This document shows, in pieces, positions 37,104 through 45,981 of a DNA stretch of 64,000 bases. A program made the position numbers and the translations under genes. This DNA is from an uncultured Sphingobacteriales bacterium (GTDB lineage: Bacteria > Bacteroidota > Bacteroidia > CAILMK01 > CAYYUA01), in contig CAZJWK010000005.1 of NCBI GenBank assembly GCA_964549595.1, positions 1,393 through 65,392 on the forward strand. The letters are read 5' to 3'. The notes below the pieces were generated by a model. The model was not told the origin of the DNA. It saw only the letters and a list, made by a program, of their open reading frames with translations, and did no database searches. The stretch's first letter is position 1. The number at the start of each line of letters is the position of its first letter.

Positions 37104-38942
37104 ATGTGCGGAATAGTAGGTTACATTGGTCAAAGAGAAGCCCTTCCGGTTATTCTCAAAGGCCTTAAGAGACTCGAGTACCGGGGCTACGACAGTGCAG
37201 GCGTAGCCCTTTTAGACAATGACATTAAAATTGAAAAGGTGGCCGGTAAAGTAAATGAGCTCGAAGAATCCCTTAAATCATTAAAAACCGATGCCAGAAT
37301 GGGTATTGGCCATACCCGCTGGGCCACACACGGAGAGCCCACACAGACCAATGCTCATCCCCATATTTCCGAAAAAGGCCAAATTGCCCTCATTCATAAC
37401 GGGATCATTGAAAACCATGAAGCGCTGAAAAAAGAGTTAGAGAAGAGAGGGCATGAGTTCAAAAGTCAGACGGACACAGAAGTACTGGTCCACCTTATTG
37501 AGGATATCCAAGAACATGAGGGCATTGAACTGGAACAGGCCGTTCGTATTGCATTATCTAAAGTAGTGGGTGCTTATGCGATAGTGGTTGTAGGAAAAAA
37601 CAATCCGGACACTTTAGTAGCAGCCAGAAAAGGAAGTCCTTTGGTTATCGGCATTGGAAATGAGGAATATTTTATTGCTTCGGATGCCACGCCTATTGTC
37701 GAATATACAAGGAATGTTATTTATCTCAAGGACAACGATGTGGCTATAGTGCGTGAAAACTCTATGGTGCTAAAAACCATTGACAACCAGATTCAAACCC
37801 CTTACGTGCAGGAACTGGAAATTAGCCTGGAACAAATTGAAAAAGGTGGTTACGAGCATTTTATGCTGAAGGAAATCCATGAGCAGCCTGATTCTATCCA
37901 TGATACCATGCGCGGGCGTTTGAATGTAGATAAAGGCCTTTTAAAACTTGGCGGAATTGAGGAATATGAAGAGAAATTTGACAACATTGACCGGATTATC
38001 ATCATTGCATGTGGTACCTCCTGGCATGCCGGCCTGGTTTCTGAATACATGTTTGAGGAGTTTGCAAGGATCCCTGTAGAAGTAGAATATGCCTCAGAGT
38101 TTCGGTACCGAAAACCCATCATCAAAGAGGGCGACTTGGTTATTGCCGTTTCCCAATCCGGAGAAACTGCGGATACCCTGGCGGCTATAGAATTGGCAAA
38201 GGAAAAAGGGGCCACTATTTTTGGCATTTGTAACGTAGTAGGTTCATCCATCGCAAGGGCTACCCATGCTGGTGTTTTTACCCATGCCGGACCGGAGATC
38301 GGGGTAGCCTCCACAAAGGCCTTTACTTCTCAGCTTATAGTGCTTTACATGATGGCTCTGATCATGGCCCACCGAAAAGGAAAAATTTCAGGATCCGAAT
38401 ACCGGCAAATGTTAAATGAAATGAGCCTCCTACCCCAAAAAATTGAACAAACCCTGGAATCCACCAATGAAAAAATCTTAAACATTTCATCGGAATTTCA
38501 GAATTCACCCAATTTCTTATATCTTGGAAGAGGGTACAATTTCCCTGTTGCGTTAGAAGGGGCCTTAAAATTGAAGGAAATTTCCTACATTCATGCAGAA
38601 GGTTATCCGGCTGCGGAAATGAAACATGGCCCGATTGCCTTGATTGATGAAAACATGCCGGTTGTTGTTTTAGCAACCAATAAGCATAATTATGGAAAAG
38701 TAGCCAGCAATATCCAGGAAGTGAAAGCCAGAAAGGGGAAGATTATTACCATCGTCAATGAGGGGGATACTACTATTAGAGACCTTTCTGATCATATTAT
38801 TGAGGTACCGGAAACCGATGAAGTTTTCACCCCCTTAATCTCAGTCATACCCTTACAATTGTTATCCTATCACATAGCCGTGATGAGGGGTTGCAATGTG
38901 GACCAACCCAGGAACCTTGCAAAATCCGTCACGGTAGAATAA
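37104..38942 (+). CDS. glmS: Glutamine-fructose-6-phosphate transaminase
   Basis: MCGIVGY, LEYRGYDSAG, GHTRWATHG, HNGIIEN, SQSGETAD, ASTKAF, LKLKEISYIHAEG, PRNLAKSVTVE. Confidence 0.98.
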   Translation: MCGIVGYIGQREALPVILKGLKRLEYRGYDSAGVALLDNDIKIEKVAGKVNELEESLKSLKTDARMGIGHTRWATHGEPTQTNAHPHISEKGQIALIHNGIIENHEALKKELEKRGHEFKSQTDTEVLVHLIEDIQEHEGIELEQAVRIALSKVVGAYAIVVVGKNNPDTLVAARKGSPLVIGIGNEEYFIASDATPIVEYTRNVIYLKDNDVAIVRENSMVLKTIDNQIQTPYVQELEISLEQIEKGGYEHFMLKEIHEQPDSIHDTMRGRLNVDKGLLKLGGIEEYEEKFDNIDRIIIIACGTSWHAGLVSEYMFEEFARIPVEVEYASEFRYRKPIIKEGDLVIAVSQSGETADTLAAIELAKEKGATIFGICNVVGSSIARATHAGVFTHAGPEIGVASTKAFTSQLIVLYMMALIMAHRKGKISGSEYRQMLNEMSLLPQKIEQTLESTNEKILNISSEFQNSPNFLYLGRGYNFPVALEGALKLKEISYIHAEGYPAAEMKHGPIALIDENMPVVVLATNKHNYGKVASNIQEVKARKGKIITIVNEGDTTIRDLSDHIIEVPETDEVFTPLISVIPLQLLSYHIAVMRGCNVDQPRNLAKSVTVE

Positions 38943-38944
38943 AA

Positions 38945-38973
38945 AACCCGTTGGAAGTAATCACCAACGGGTT
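38945..38973. terminator. Bidirectional intrinsic terminator between glmS and sodA
   Basis: Perfect 10-bp stem AACCCGTTGG / CCAACGGGTT with a 9-nt loop; T-run on the minus strand. Confidence 0.8.
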
Positions 38974-39011
38974 AGCATTGATCCATTCAAACTTTTGCTT
39001 TCTCAAAAGCC

Positions 39012-39626
39012 TTAAATGGCATTTTGGTATCGCTGACTCACTTCAGCCCAATATACTACATTCCACCAGTTTTGAATGTATTCATCTTTTCGGTTCTGGT
39101 ATTTGAGATAAAAGGCATGTTCCCACATATCAAGGCCCAGAATGGGGGTTCCGCTTAAACTTGTGACGTCCATTACTGGATTGTCTTGATTTGGCGTATT
39201 ACCGATTTCTAATTGACCATTGTTCACTACTAACCAAGCCCAGCCGGAACCAAATACACTCTTAGCTGCATTCGCAAATTGTTCTTTAAAGTCGGAGAAG
39301 CTTCCGAAAGTATTGTTAATGGCATCCCCCAGGGCTCCGTCTGGTTCACCACCGCCATTAGGACTCATGATCTGCCAAAACAAGGAATGGTTATAATGGC
39401 CTCCTCCATTGTTCCTGACACCTACAGGATGTTGAGAAACATTCTGCATTAATTCTTCAATGGACTTATTTTCAAGGTTAGTGCCTTCTATGGCACTATT
39501 AAGCTTGGTCACATAGGTTCCATGATGTTTATCATGATGAAGCGTCATTGTATTTTCATCAATGTAAGGCTCTAATGCTCCATAATCATACGGTAAACCT
39601 GGCAATGCGAATGACATAATTGACAA
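39012..39626 (-). CDS. sodA: Superoxide dismutase, Mn-type (or cambialistic)
   Basis: [37 protein letters not shown]. Confidence 0.93.
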   Translation of the reverse strand: MSIMSFALPGLPYDYGALEPYIDENTMTLHHDKHHGTYVTKLNSAIEGTNLENKSIEELMQNVSQHPVGVRNNGGGHYNHSLFWQIMSPNGGGEPDGALGDAINNTFGSFSDFKEQFANAAKSVFGSGWAWLVVNNGQLEIGNTPNQDNPVMDVTSLSGTPILGLDMWEHAFYLKYQNRKDEYIQNWWNVVYWAEVSQRYQNAI

Positions 39627-39649
39627 TTTTTTGGTTCAACAATCTAATC

Positions 39650-39657
39650 CAAATTTA
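39650..39657 (-). promoter_or_regulatory. -7 promoter element for sodA
   Basis: Minus-strand TAAATTTG 23 bp upstream of the ATG. Confidence 0.55.
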
Positions 39658-39695
39658 GCTTATTTAATCAGTTAAACATAAAATGGAAATTAAAT

Positions 39696-40745
39696 TTAAG
39701 CCTTTTCTTTAGAAAGTTCCTTTAAGTATTTAACCATTAGGGAAAAATAGCCCCTCATTTCCTCCACACGTTCTTTTTCACGCCGAAGTGAATGTGGCTC
39801 TAAATCCATTAACTTCAAGGCAATAACTTTGCCACGGACGTTGGCACGGTAGCTTTTGAAATATTTAAATGCCCGCTGAGTTTTTAAGTCATCAGGATTC
39901 TCCGAGTAAGAAAGGTGACAATATTTTTCATAAAAAGCTTGACTTAGTGCATGGGCACCATTATACTCTAAGTCCATGCAGAAAAAGCCAATCTCATTCA
40001 GGGTGTCAATTTGACGGAATTTTTCGTTGAATTCAATACAGTCAAAAATCACAGGGTCATCATACAAAAAAATATTTTTGCTATGAAGGTCGCCATGCCC
40101 ATCTTTGACAAAGCCTTTGTCATTCCGGTTTTTCAAAAATTCGCTCAATTCTTCCAATACCTTGTCTGAAAGCATCTGGGCCTCTTCAATTTGTTTTACC
40201 ACACCATCCCCTACATAATCTTTTAACCAACTTTTCACCGTATTGATGTCATTAAACTTGTCTTTGAATACCTTCAAATCAAATGGTTGATTAATTGAAT
40301 TAGTCGCCTCATGAAATGAAGCCACTTTTTGAGCAATTTTTTCAATATCGTTCCTGAATACCTTTTGCTCCTTCAATCGCTTATTCATTAAAAAATCCTC
40401 ATCCAATTTAACCATCTCAAGGGCAAAATCTATAACCTCCGATTGGGAGTAATGCTTTTCATCACTAATATAAATCCGGCCTTTTTTTTCCAAAACCGGC
40501 AAAACCCGTTTGTACATGGCCGGAGCTAAGCGTTTGTTCAGTCTTAATTCCTCCTCACAATAAAACTTCCTCTTGGAAAGGGTAGAAAAATCCAAAAATG
40601 AGTGCTTAAAGGGCTTTTTTATCTTGTAAACCCGGTTGTCCGCTAAAATAACCCAGGAAATATGGGTTTCGACCAATTCAGAGTTTTTCCCTGTATCCGG
40701 GAAATTTTTCGATGCTATTAATTCCTTTACCGTTTTTGCTTCCAT
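39696..40745 (-). CDS. Aminoglycoside phosphotransferase-like kinase (the N-terminal module of APH/AAA_33 fusion proteins)
   Basis: VETHISWVIL, YKIKKP, FLDFSTL.KR...CEEELRLN.RLAP, DGHGDLH, FDCIEFNE.FR.ID. Confidence 0.85.
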   Translation of the reverse strand: MEAKTVKELIASKNFPDTGKNSELVETHISWVILADNRVYKIKKPFKHSFLDFSTLSKRKFYCEEELRLNKRLAPAMYKRVLPVLEKKGRIYISDEKHYSQSEVIDFALEMVKLDEDFLMNKRLKEQKVFRNDIEKIAQKVASFHEATNSINQPFDLKVFKDKFNDINTVKSWLKDYVGDGVVKQIEEAQMLSDKVLEELSEFLKNRNDKGFVKDGHGDLHSKNIFLYDDPVIFDCIEFNEKFRQIDTLNEIGFFCMDLEYNGAHALSQAFYEKYCHLSYSENPDDLKTQRAFKYFKSYRANVRGKVIALKLMDLEPHSLRREKERVEEMRGYFSLMVKYLKELSKEKA

Positions 40746-40759
40746 AATATTTTTCCAAA

Positions 40760-41263
40760 TTATTGAGGGTTAGGCATCCCCAGGTAATTTAACGCTTTAT
40801 CCAGCATGGATTGCATATATTCTTTCCCCGAATCCAGTTCCAGGTAAGAAACATCTAAAGGTTCAAATGATGCTTTAAGCTTTTGGTAAACGGCATAATC
40901 TGCTTCACTATCCGGCCTGTTTTTACTAACACGTTGATAAATAACTTCCTCACCTGCGGTAAGTTTCATAAAATACAAATTTTCCCTCAATTCAAAAGCT
41001 TTCTCTTGAACCATTTCCCGGGTTTGAGCCTGGTGGAAGGTGGCATCCAGTATCACAGGCTTTCTTTCTTTTAGAGGTTTTTCAGCCTTTTCTATGAGGG
41101 CTTCATAAACCTGTCGTTTGGTATCCATATCGTAATTACCCATTTTCTCCAATTCCGCTCGAACCTGATCACTTTTTATATGAACGGCTCCGATTTTCTC
41201 AGCCAAATAGGTAGCAAAATAGGATTTACCGGAGCCCGGTAAACCGAAAACCACAATAATCAT
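40760..41263 (-). CDS. AAA_33 / gluconate-kinase-like P-loop protein
   Basis: GLPGSGKS, IKSDQVR, VILDATF, RPDSEAD. Confidence 0.85.
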   Translation of the reverse strand: MIIVVFGLPGSGKSYFATYLAEKIGAVHIKSDQVRAELEKMGNYDMDTKRQVYEALIEKAEKPLKERKPVILDATFHQAQTREMVQEKAFELRENLYFMKLTAGEEVIYQRVSKNRPDSEADYAVYQKLKASFEPLDVSYLELDSGKEYMQSMLDKALNYLGMPNPQ

Positions 41264-41295
41264 AAAGCCATACTTAAATTATCCATCTCATTAAA

Positions 41296-42519
41296 TCAAT
41301 CGAACCTCAGGGCCTTTACCGGAACGATGGTAGCGATTAAAATAGCCGGCAAAAGCATAATTAAGGTGCAAAATATAAAACTTCCGAGGTTGACTATTGC
41401 AAACAGGCCCCATTGGTAGTAAACCGGTACAGTACTAAGGTAATACGAACTTTCCGTTAACTTAACGAACTCAAAAGCATCTTGCAGGTAAATCAATCCC
41501 AGCCCTACCAAATTGCCTAAACCTATACCAATGACAATCAGAAAAGCCGCACTGTAAACAAAAATTTTCATGATGGAAAAATTGCGGGCGCCCAAGGTTT
41601 TTAGAATGCCAATTAATTGGGTTCTCTCCAGTATCATGATAAGCAATGCGGTTATCATGTTAATGCCGGCTACCAAAGCCATTAACAATAGAATAATTTC
41701 CACATTGAAGTTCAATAAAGTCAACCAGTCAAAAATCTGAGGGAAAATGGCCTTTATGCTTTTCGCATTGTATTGAGCGGGGATGGCATGGTTAATCTGA
41801 TCAACAATCTGTTTTGAAATCCCTAAGCTCGTTAACATTACCTCATACCCTCCTACCTGACCAGAATCCCAATTATTTAGTTTCCTTATATGACGGATAT
41901 CAGAAATTATGAATACTTGGTCTACTTCCTCCAGCCCGGTATTATAGATCCCTTTAATCGTGAATTTTCTGGCTCTGGTTGGTTTTTGCACAAAATAAAC
42001 CACCACATCATCTCCCGTATCGAGGACCAGTTTATCGGCCAGGGCCCTGGAAATTAACACTTCATTAGAGACTGCGGAGTCTGTCCAATGAATAGTATCC
42101 CCTTTGACAATCTTATCCTGAAAAAATTGCCAATTGAAATCCTTTCCAATCCCTTTCAGGACGACCCCTTCAATCGCTTCTTCCGTTTTTAAAATCCCCG
42201 GTTTGTTGGCAAAAGCCTGAATTTGTTTAACTCCCGGATAAGCCCGAATAGAATCCAGCTTGGCATCACCCAATGAAATGGGTTCATTTTCAAAGGATTT
42301 GTTCAGCCGAAACTTAGAGATTTGTACATGGGAACCAAATCCAATAATTTTTTCTTTAATTTCACCCTGAAAACCTTTGACCACAGAAATGGAGATCAAC
42401 ATGACTGCCAGGCTTAAAGCTATGGCCGCTATAGCCAGCCTTACAACCAATTTGGAAAAGGAACGCTTGGATTGAAAGGTTATTCGCTTGGCTATAAAAA
42501 ATTCGAAATTCAACCTCAA
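41296..42519 (-). CDS. LolC/E-type (MacB/FtsX-like) ABC permease
   Basis: FFIAKR, ISVVKGFQ, ILERTQLIGILKTLGA, YYLSTVP, VKALRFD; TTG start at 42519 or 42513. Confidence 0.88.
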   Translation of the reverse strand: MRLNFEFFIAKRITFQSKRSFSKLVVRLAIAAIALSLAVMLISISVVKGFQGEIKEKIIGFGSHVQISKFRLNKSFENEPISLGDAKLDSIRAYPGVKQIQAFANKPGILKTEEAIEGVVLKGIGKDFNWQFFQDKIVKGDTIHWTDSAVSNEVLISRALADKLVLDTGDDVVVYFVQKPTRARKFTIKGIYNTGLEEVDQVFIISDIRHIRKLNNWDSGQVGGYEVMLTSLGISKQIVDQINHAIPAQYNAKSIKAIFPQIFDWLTLLNFNVEIILLLMALVAGINMITALLIMILERTQLIGILKTLGARNFSIMKIFVYSAAFLIVIGIGLGNLVGLGLIYLQDAFEFVKLTESSYYLSTVPVYYQWGLFAIVNLGSFIFCTLIMLLPAILIATIVPVKALRFD

Positions 42520-43697
42520 TGCTTTTAAGTAGGCTTACAAAAGTATTAATTCTTTGCCTGATTATCTGGACGAATGTTTCCAAAGCCCATGTGGAAGTCG
42601 GAGCCGGCCGCATGAAATTATATTATCCGAATATAAAAGCGAAAACCATTGGGGTAGTAGCCAACCACACTTCACAGATTAAAGGGGTACATCTGGTAGA
42701 TACACTCCTTGCTAAAGGTGTTGATATTAAACGAATTTTTGCCCCTGAACATGGTTTCAGGGGAAAGCATGGTGCGGGTAAAACCATTGTCGATCAAAAA
42801 GATAAAAAAACCGGGTTACCGGTATTCTCACTCTACGGCTCTAACAAAAAGCCCACAGCCAAAAGCCTTAAAGGGATTGAGGCAATGGTTTTCGATATCC
42901 AGGACGTGGGCTGCCGGTTTTATACCTACATTTCTACCCTTCATTATGTCATGGAGGCTTGTGCAGAACAGGACATACCACTGATAGTTCTGGATCGCCC
43001 TAATCCCAATGGGTATTACGTGGATGGGCCTGTTATGGAAAAGCAATTCCAATCCTTTGTAGGTATGCACCCTGTACCCATCGTTTATGGGTTAACCATA
43101 GGAGAATACGCCAAAATGATTAACGGTGAGGGCTGGCTTAAAGATGGGATTACCTGTCCATTAAAAATCGTTAAAAACAAAGGGTACACCCATGATACCC
43201 GTTATAAGCTTCCCATTGCCCCTTCTCCTAATTTGCCTAACATGGATGCGGTCTACCTTTATCCTACCTTGTGTTTATTTGAGGGGACTAAAGTAAGTGT
43301 CGGGCGCGGTACGCCTTGGCCATTTCAGGTTATCGGAATGCCGGGTTTTCCGAAAGGCAGTTTTACCTTTACTCCTGAATCCATACCCGGGAAAGCAGAA
43401 GACCCTAAACATGAAGGCCGGAAATGTAAAGGCTTTAAACTGAATTCATTTGCAAAGGAATTCATTAAAGGGTCCAAGGAGATTTACCTTTACTGGTTAA
43501 CGGGCTTTTACCAAGCAACAAAAGAAAAAGACGAATTCTTCAATAGCTACTTTGACAAACTTGCGGGAACCGATAAGCTTCGTAAGCAAATCAAACAGGG
43601 CAAATCCGTCTCGGAAATCAAGAAAAGTTGGCAAGATGACCTAAAGGCTTATCAAAAAACCCGTAAAAAGTATCTGTTATACGAAGATTTCGACTAA
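42519..43697 (+). CDS. namZ: DUF1343 exo-beta-N-acetylmuramidase NamZ family
   Basis: VVANHTS, IFAPEHGFRG, FSLYG, FDIQDVGCRFYTY, LDRPNP, HGxT-like YGLTIGE, SPNLP, SVGRGT. Confidence 0.88.
   Translation: MLLSRLTKVLILCLIIWTNVSKAHVEVGAGRMKLYYPNIKAKTIGVVANHTSQIKGVHLVDTLLAKGVDIKRIFAPEHGFRGKHGAGKTIVDQKDKKTGLPVFSLYGSNKKPTAKSLKGIEAMVFDIQDVGCRFYTYISTLHYVMEACAEQDIPLIVLDRPNPNGYYVDGPVMEKQFQSFVGMHPVPIVYGLTIGEYAKMINGEGWLKDGITCPLKIVKNKGYTHDTRYKLPIAPSPNLPNMDAVYLYPTLCLFEGTKVSVGRGTPWPFQVIGMPGFPKGSFTFTPESIPGKAEDPKHEGRKCKGFKLNSFAKEFIKGSKEIYLYWLTGFYQATKEKDEFFNSYFDKLAGTDKLRKQIKQGKSVSEIKKSWQDDLKAYQKTRKKYLLYEDFD
42538..42545 (-). promoter_or_regulatory. -7 promoter element for the LolC/E gene, embedded in the namZ coding sequence
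   Basis: Minus-strand TACTTTTG 18 bp upstream of TTG 42519. Confidence 0.45.
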
Positions 43698-44821
43698 GCC
43701 TTGTTCACCATTTTAAAAGCTTTTGGCTGAATGCCCCCTATCTCAATGGGTTTTACCTTTTGAATTTTAAAATTGCCGTCTTCTTTAACCACCTTTTCCA
43801 ACAATTCTCCTTTAAAGGCCAACAATACCAACTTACCTTGAGTCTTTAAAACCTTTGCGGCCTGACTAATGAATTGCCTGTAAAAATTCGGGAAAAATTT
43901 TTCTTTGGAAAGCTTTATCCCGAATGGAGGGTTGGTAAGGATAAAATCAAAGGCATTATGGGGATAAAGTTCCTCTAAGTAAAACACATCCCCTTGCTTC
44001 AGGCCAATTTGCTTCTCAGCGCCTGCCCATCTTACATTTTCCTGTGCGCCTTTCACAACGTTTTCATAGACATCATTGCCTTTCAATAGCATTTTCGGGA
44101 ATATTTGGTTCAATTCCAACAAAATGGTGCCTGAACCACAAAAGGGATCTAAAACGACCTCCTTATCGCTATTCACATTGGCCATATGGATAAGCCCAAA
44201 AGCTACATGGGGCTTTAATGAAACCCTTGGGATATAACTTCGATTTAACCGGTTTGTCAGCGATTGATTGGTTAGCTGAATACCCACCAAACAATGATTA
44301 TCAAATACATCCACTCGAACTTCCAGGTCATACTCTTCCAGGTCAACCCTGCTTTCGTACTTTTTATCAATTACAGTACCCGCAATTTTTTGTACATCCA
44401 GGCTTGAAAAATGGTGACTTCCCGTGCGAATAGTTGTTATACGAAAGGTGTCCGCACAATCCAAGGCTGGGATGGGCAAATTCTCCAAAACAGATGCTAT
44501 GGTCGATAAACCCTTCTTGCCTGAAATTCTAAAATCCTTTAAAGTGAGAATGGCATTCTCAACGGACCTGAGCCTCTGAATTATGGGTAAAAAATCACTT
44601 AGGGAATTTTTACTTGCCAGGTGAACATGACCGCCAAAATGATAAGGCTTTAAAGTGATTTCAGGAATTGGCAAATGGGCTTGATTACACTTGTTCACAA
44701 TTTCTTCCTTAACCACTTTTTCCAGGCCAGCATTTGTTGTTAAATCTATATTTGCCGGGTATCCAGCCAATTCTTCCGCAGCAAACCCATTTAAAAGGGA
44801 ATAATCAATGCTTTTATCCAA
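43694..44821 (-). CDS. THUMP-domain RNA methyltransferase, TrmN/Trm14-like (UPF0020)
   Basis: TTNAGLE, FRITTIRTGSHHFSS, RVDLEEYDLEVRVD, SLKPHVAFGL, VLDPFCGSGTILLE, ILTNPPFG. Confidence 0.8.
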   Translation of the reverse strand: MDKSIDYSLLNGFAAEELAGYPANIDLTTNAGLEKVVKEEIVNKCNQAHLPIPEITLKPYHFGGHVHLASKNSLSDFLPIIQRLRSVENAILTLKDFRISGKKGLSTIASVLENLPIPALDCADTFRITTIRTGSHHFSSLDVQKIAGTVIDKKYESRVDLEEYDLEVRVDVFDNHCLVGIQLTNQSLTNRLNRSYIPRVSLKPHVAFGLIHMANVNSDKEVVLDPFCGSGTILLELNQIFPKMLLKGNDVYENVVKGAQENVRWAGAEKQIGLKQGDVFYLEELYPHNAFDFILTNPPFGIKLSKEKFFPNFYRQFISQAAKVLKTQGKLVLLAFKGELLEKVVKEDGNFKIQKVKPIEIGGIQPKAFKMVNKA

Positions 44822-44949
44822 ATGTTCAATGCCTTTTTTCAGTATCCTTTAATAACAAAAAAATTCCTTAAGTTTAAAAAAAAACCCATTAAATGACCAA
44901 TTTACCATTCATCCTTTCGATTCAACTTTTCCAGATGAAGAGGAAATCA

Positions 44950-44957
44950 TAAATTTG
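44950..44957 (+). promoter_or_regulatory. -7 promoter element for tRNA-Gly
   Basis: TAAATTTG 10 bp upstream of the tRNA 5' end. Confidence 0.6.
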
Positions 44958-44967
44958 TCATCAATCA

Positions 44968-45039
44968 GCGGGAATAGCTCAGCGGTAGAGCACAACCTTC
45001 CCAAGGTTGGGGTCGCGGGTTCGAATCCCGTTTCCCGCT
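44968..45039 (+). tRNA. tRNA-Gly(CCC)
   Basis: 72 nt: acceptor GCGGGAA/TTCCCGC, D-arm AGCTCAGCGGTAGAGC, anticodon arm CAACC-TTCCCAA-GGTTG, T-loop GTTCGAATC, discriminator U; CCA not encoded. Confidence 0.97.
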
Positions 45040-45102
45040 CTTTTTTCTCTCACAATTCCTGTAAAATTATAAAAGGATTCAAAGCTTCAGAAATAGGGCG
45101 CT

Positions 45103-45981
45103 TTAAAGGGACAATTTATAAGCAACAACCCGGTTATCGGAAAAAGTGGGTATAACGGCCAGGCCTTTGGATGGAACGAAATCCATGTCTGCAGCATTTT
45201 GATTAGCCTTCCGGGTATCCAGTAACTTGGTTTTTTTATGGCTACCGGAAAAATCCTGAAGATGCATCCGGCCTTTCCAGTCGGTAGTCAAAAACCTTTT
45301 ATCCCCCAAAGCCACTAAACCGTCTATGGGACCTGTTTTTGTGCCTAGTTTGGTTACAGATTGGTCTTTTAGGCTTAAAGCCAGCAATGCGTCATTATTA
45401 CCCACATAGAGTTTCCCGTTACGACAATACAGCCCATTAGGCCTATTTAAAGCCTCTGCTTGATTCCAGGCCTTTAATTTCCCATCGGAAAGCTTGTAAA
45501 TTTTATCTGCGTACATATCCGAAACATAAACGTTTCTTTCTTTATCAATGGTTACATCATTCAAGAATTTAGCCTCTTTTGCCGGATACTTTTGGATAAC
45601 CTTACCGGCCCTGGTATCAATCACTACTAATTCATCGATATCAGAAACATACAATTTACCTTGGTTCAGAGCCATACCCTTAGGCGCGTTAAGACCCCTT
45701 ATCAATTTCCTGGTTTTGACTTTGCCATTTTCTTTTAAAAGCGTAATAAAGCCGTTCCCTTTCTTTTCCTGAGCATCCCCTGCCATATTGGAGACATAAA
45801 ACACCTCCCTCTTTTTGTTATACAAAGCGCATTCAGGGGTTTTCAATGTTTTTTTGGTTTCCCATTGCTTGGTTACCCCTTCAGCGGTGAAAACCTCCCC
45901 GTTTTGAGACTGACATTGGATGAAGCACAAACCAAATAAAACACTGAATGCCAATAAAAGGTGTTGCTTTAAAATAACCAT
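45103..45981 (-). CDS. SMP-30/gluconolactonase-like beta-propeller lipoprotein
   Basis: Lipobox CFIQ-C; PECALY, YVSNM, LNAPKGM, FLNDV, PNGL, DGLV. Confidence 0.8.
   Translation of the reverse strand: MVILKQHLLLAFSVLFGLCFIQCQSQNGEVFTAEGVTKQWETKKTLKTPECALYNKKREVFYVSNMAGDAQEKKGNGFITLLKENGKVKTRKLIRGLNAPKGMALNQGKLYVSDIDELVVIDTRAGKVIQKYPAKEAKFLNDVTIDKERNVYVSDMYADKIYKLSDGKLKAWNQAEALNRPNGLYCRNGKLYVGNNDALLALSLKDQSVTKLGTKTGPIDGLVALGDKRFLTTDWKGRMHLQDFSGSHKKTKLLDTRKANQNAADMDFVPSKGLAVIPTFSDNRVVAYKLSL

Noticed and set aside
39012-39626. SOD motif DMWEHAFY instead of DVWEHAYY
   Set aside because: The metal ligands (Asp, His) and the final Tyr are retained; the substitutions are conservative.
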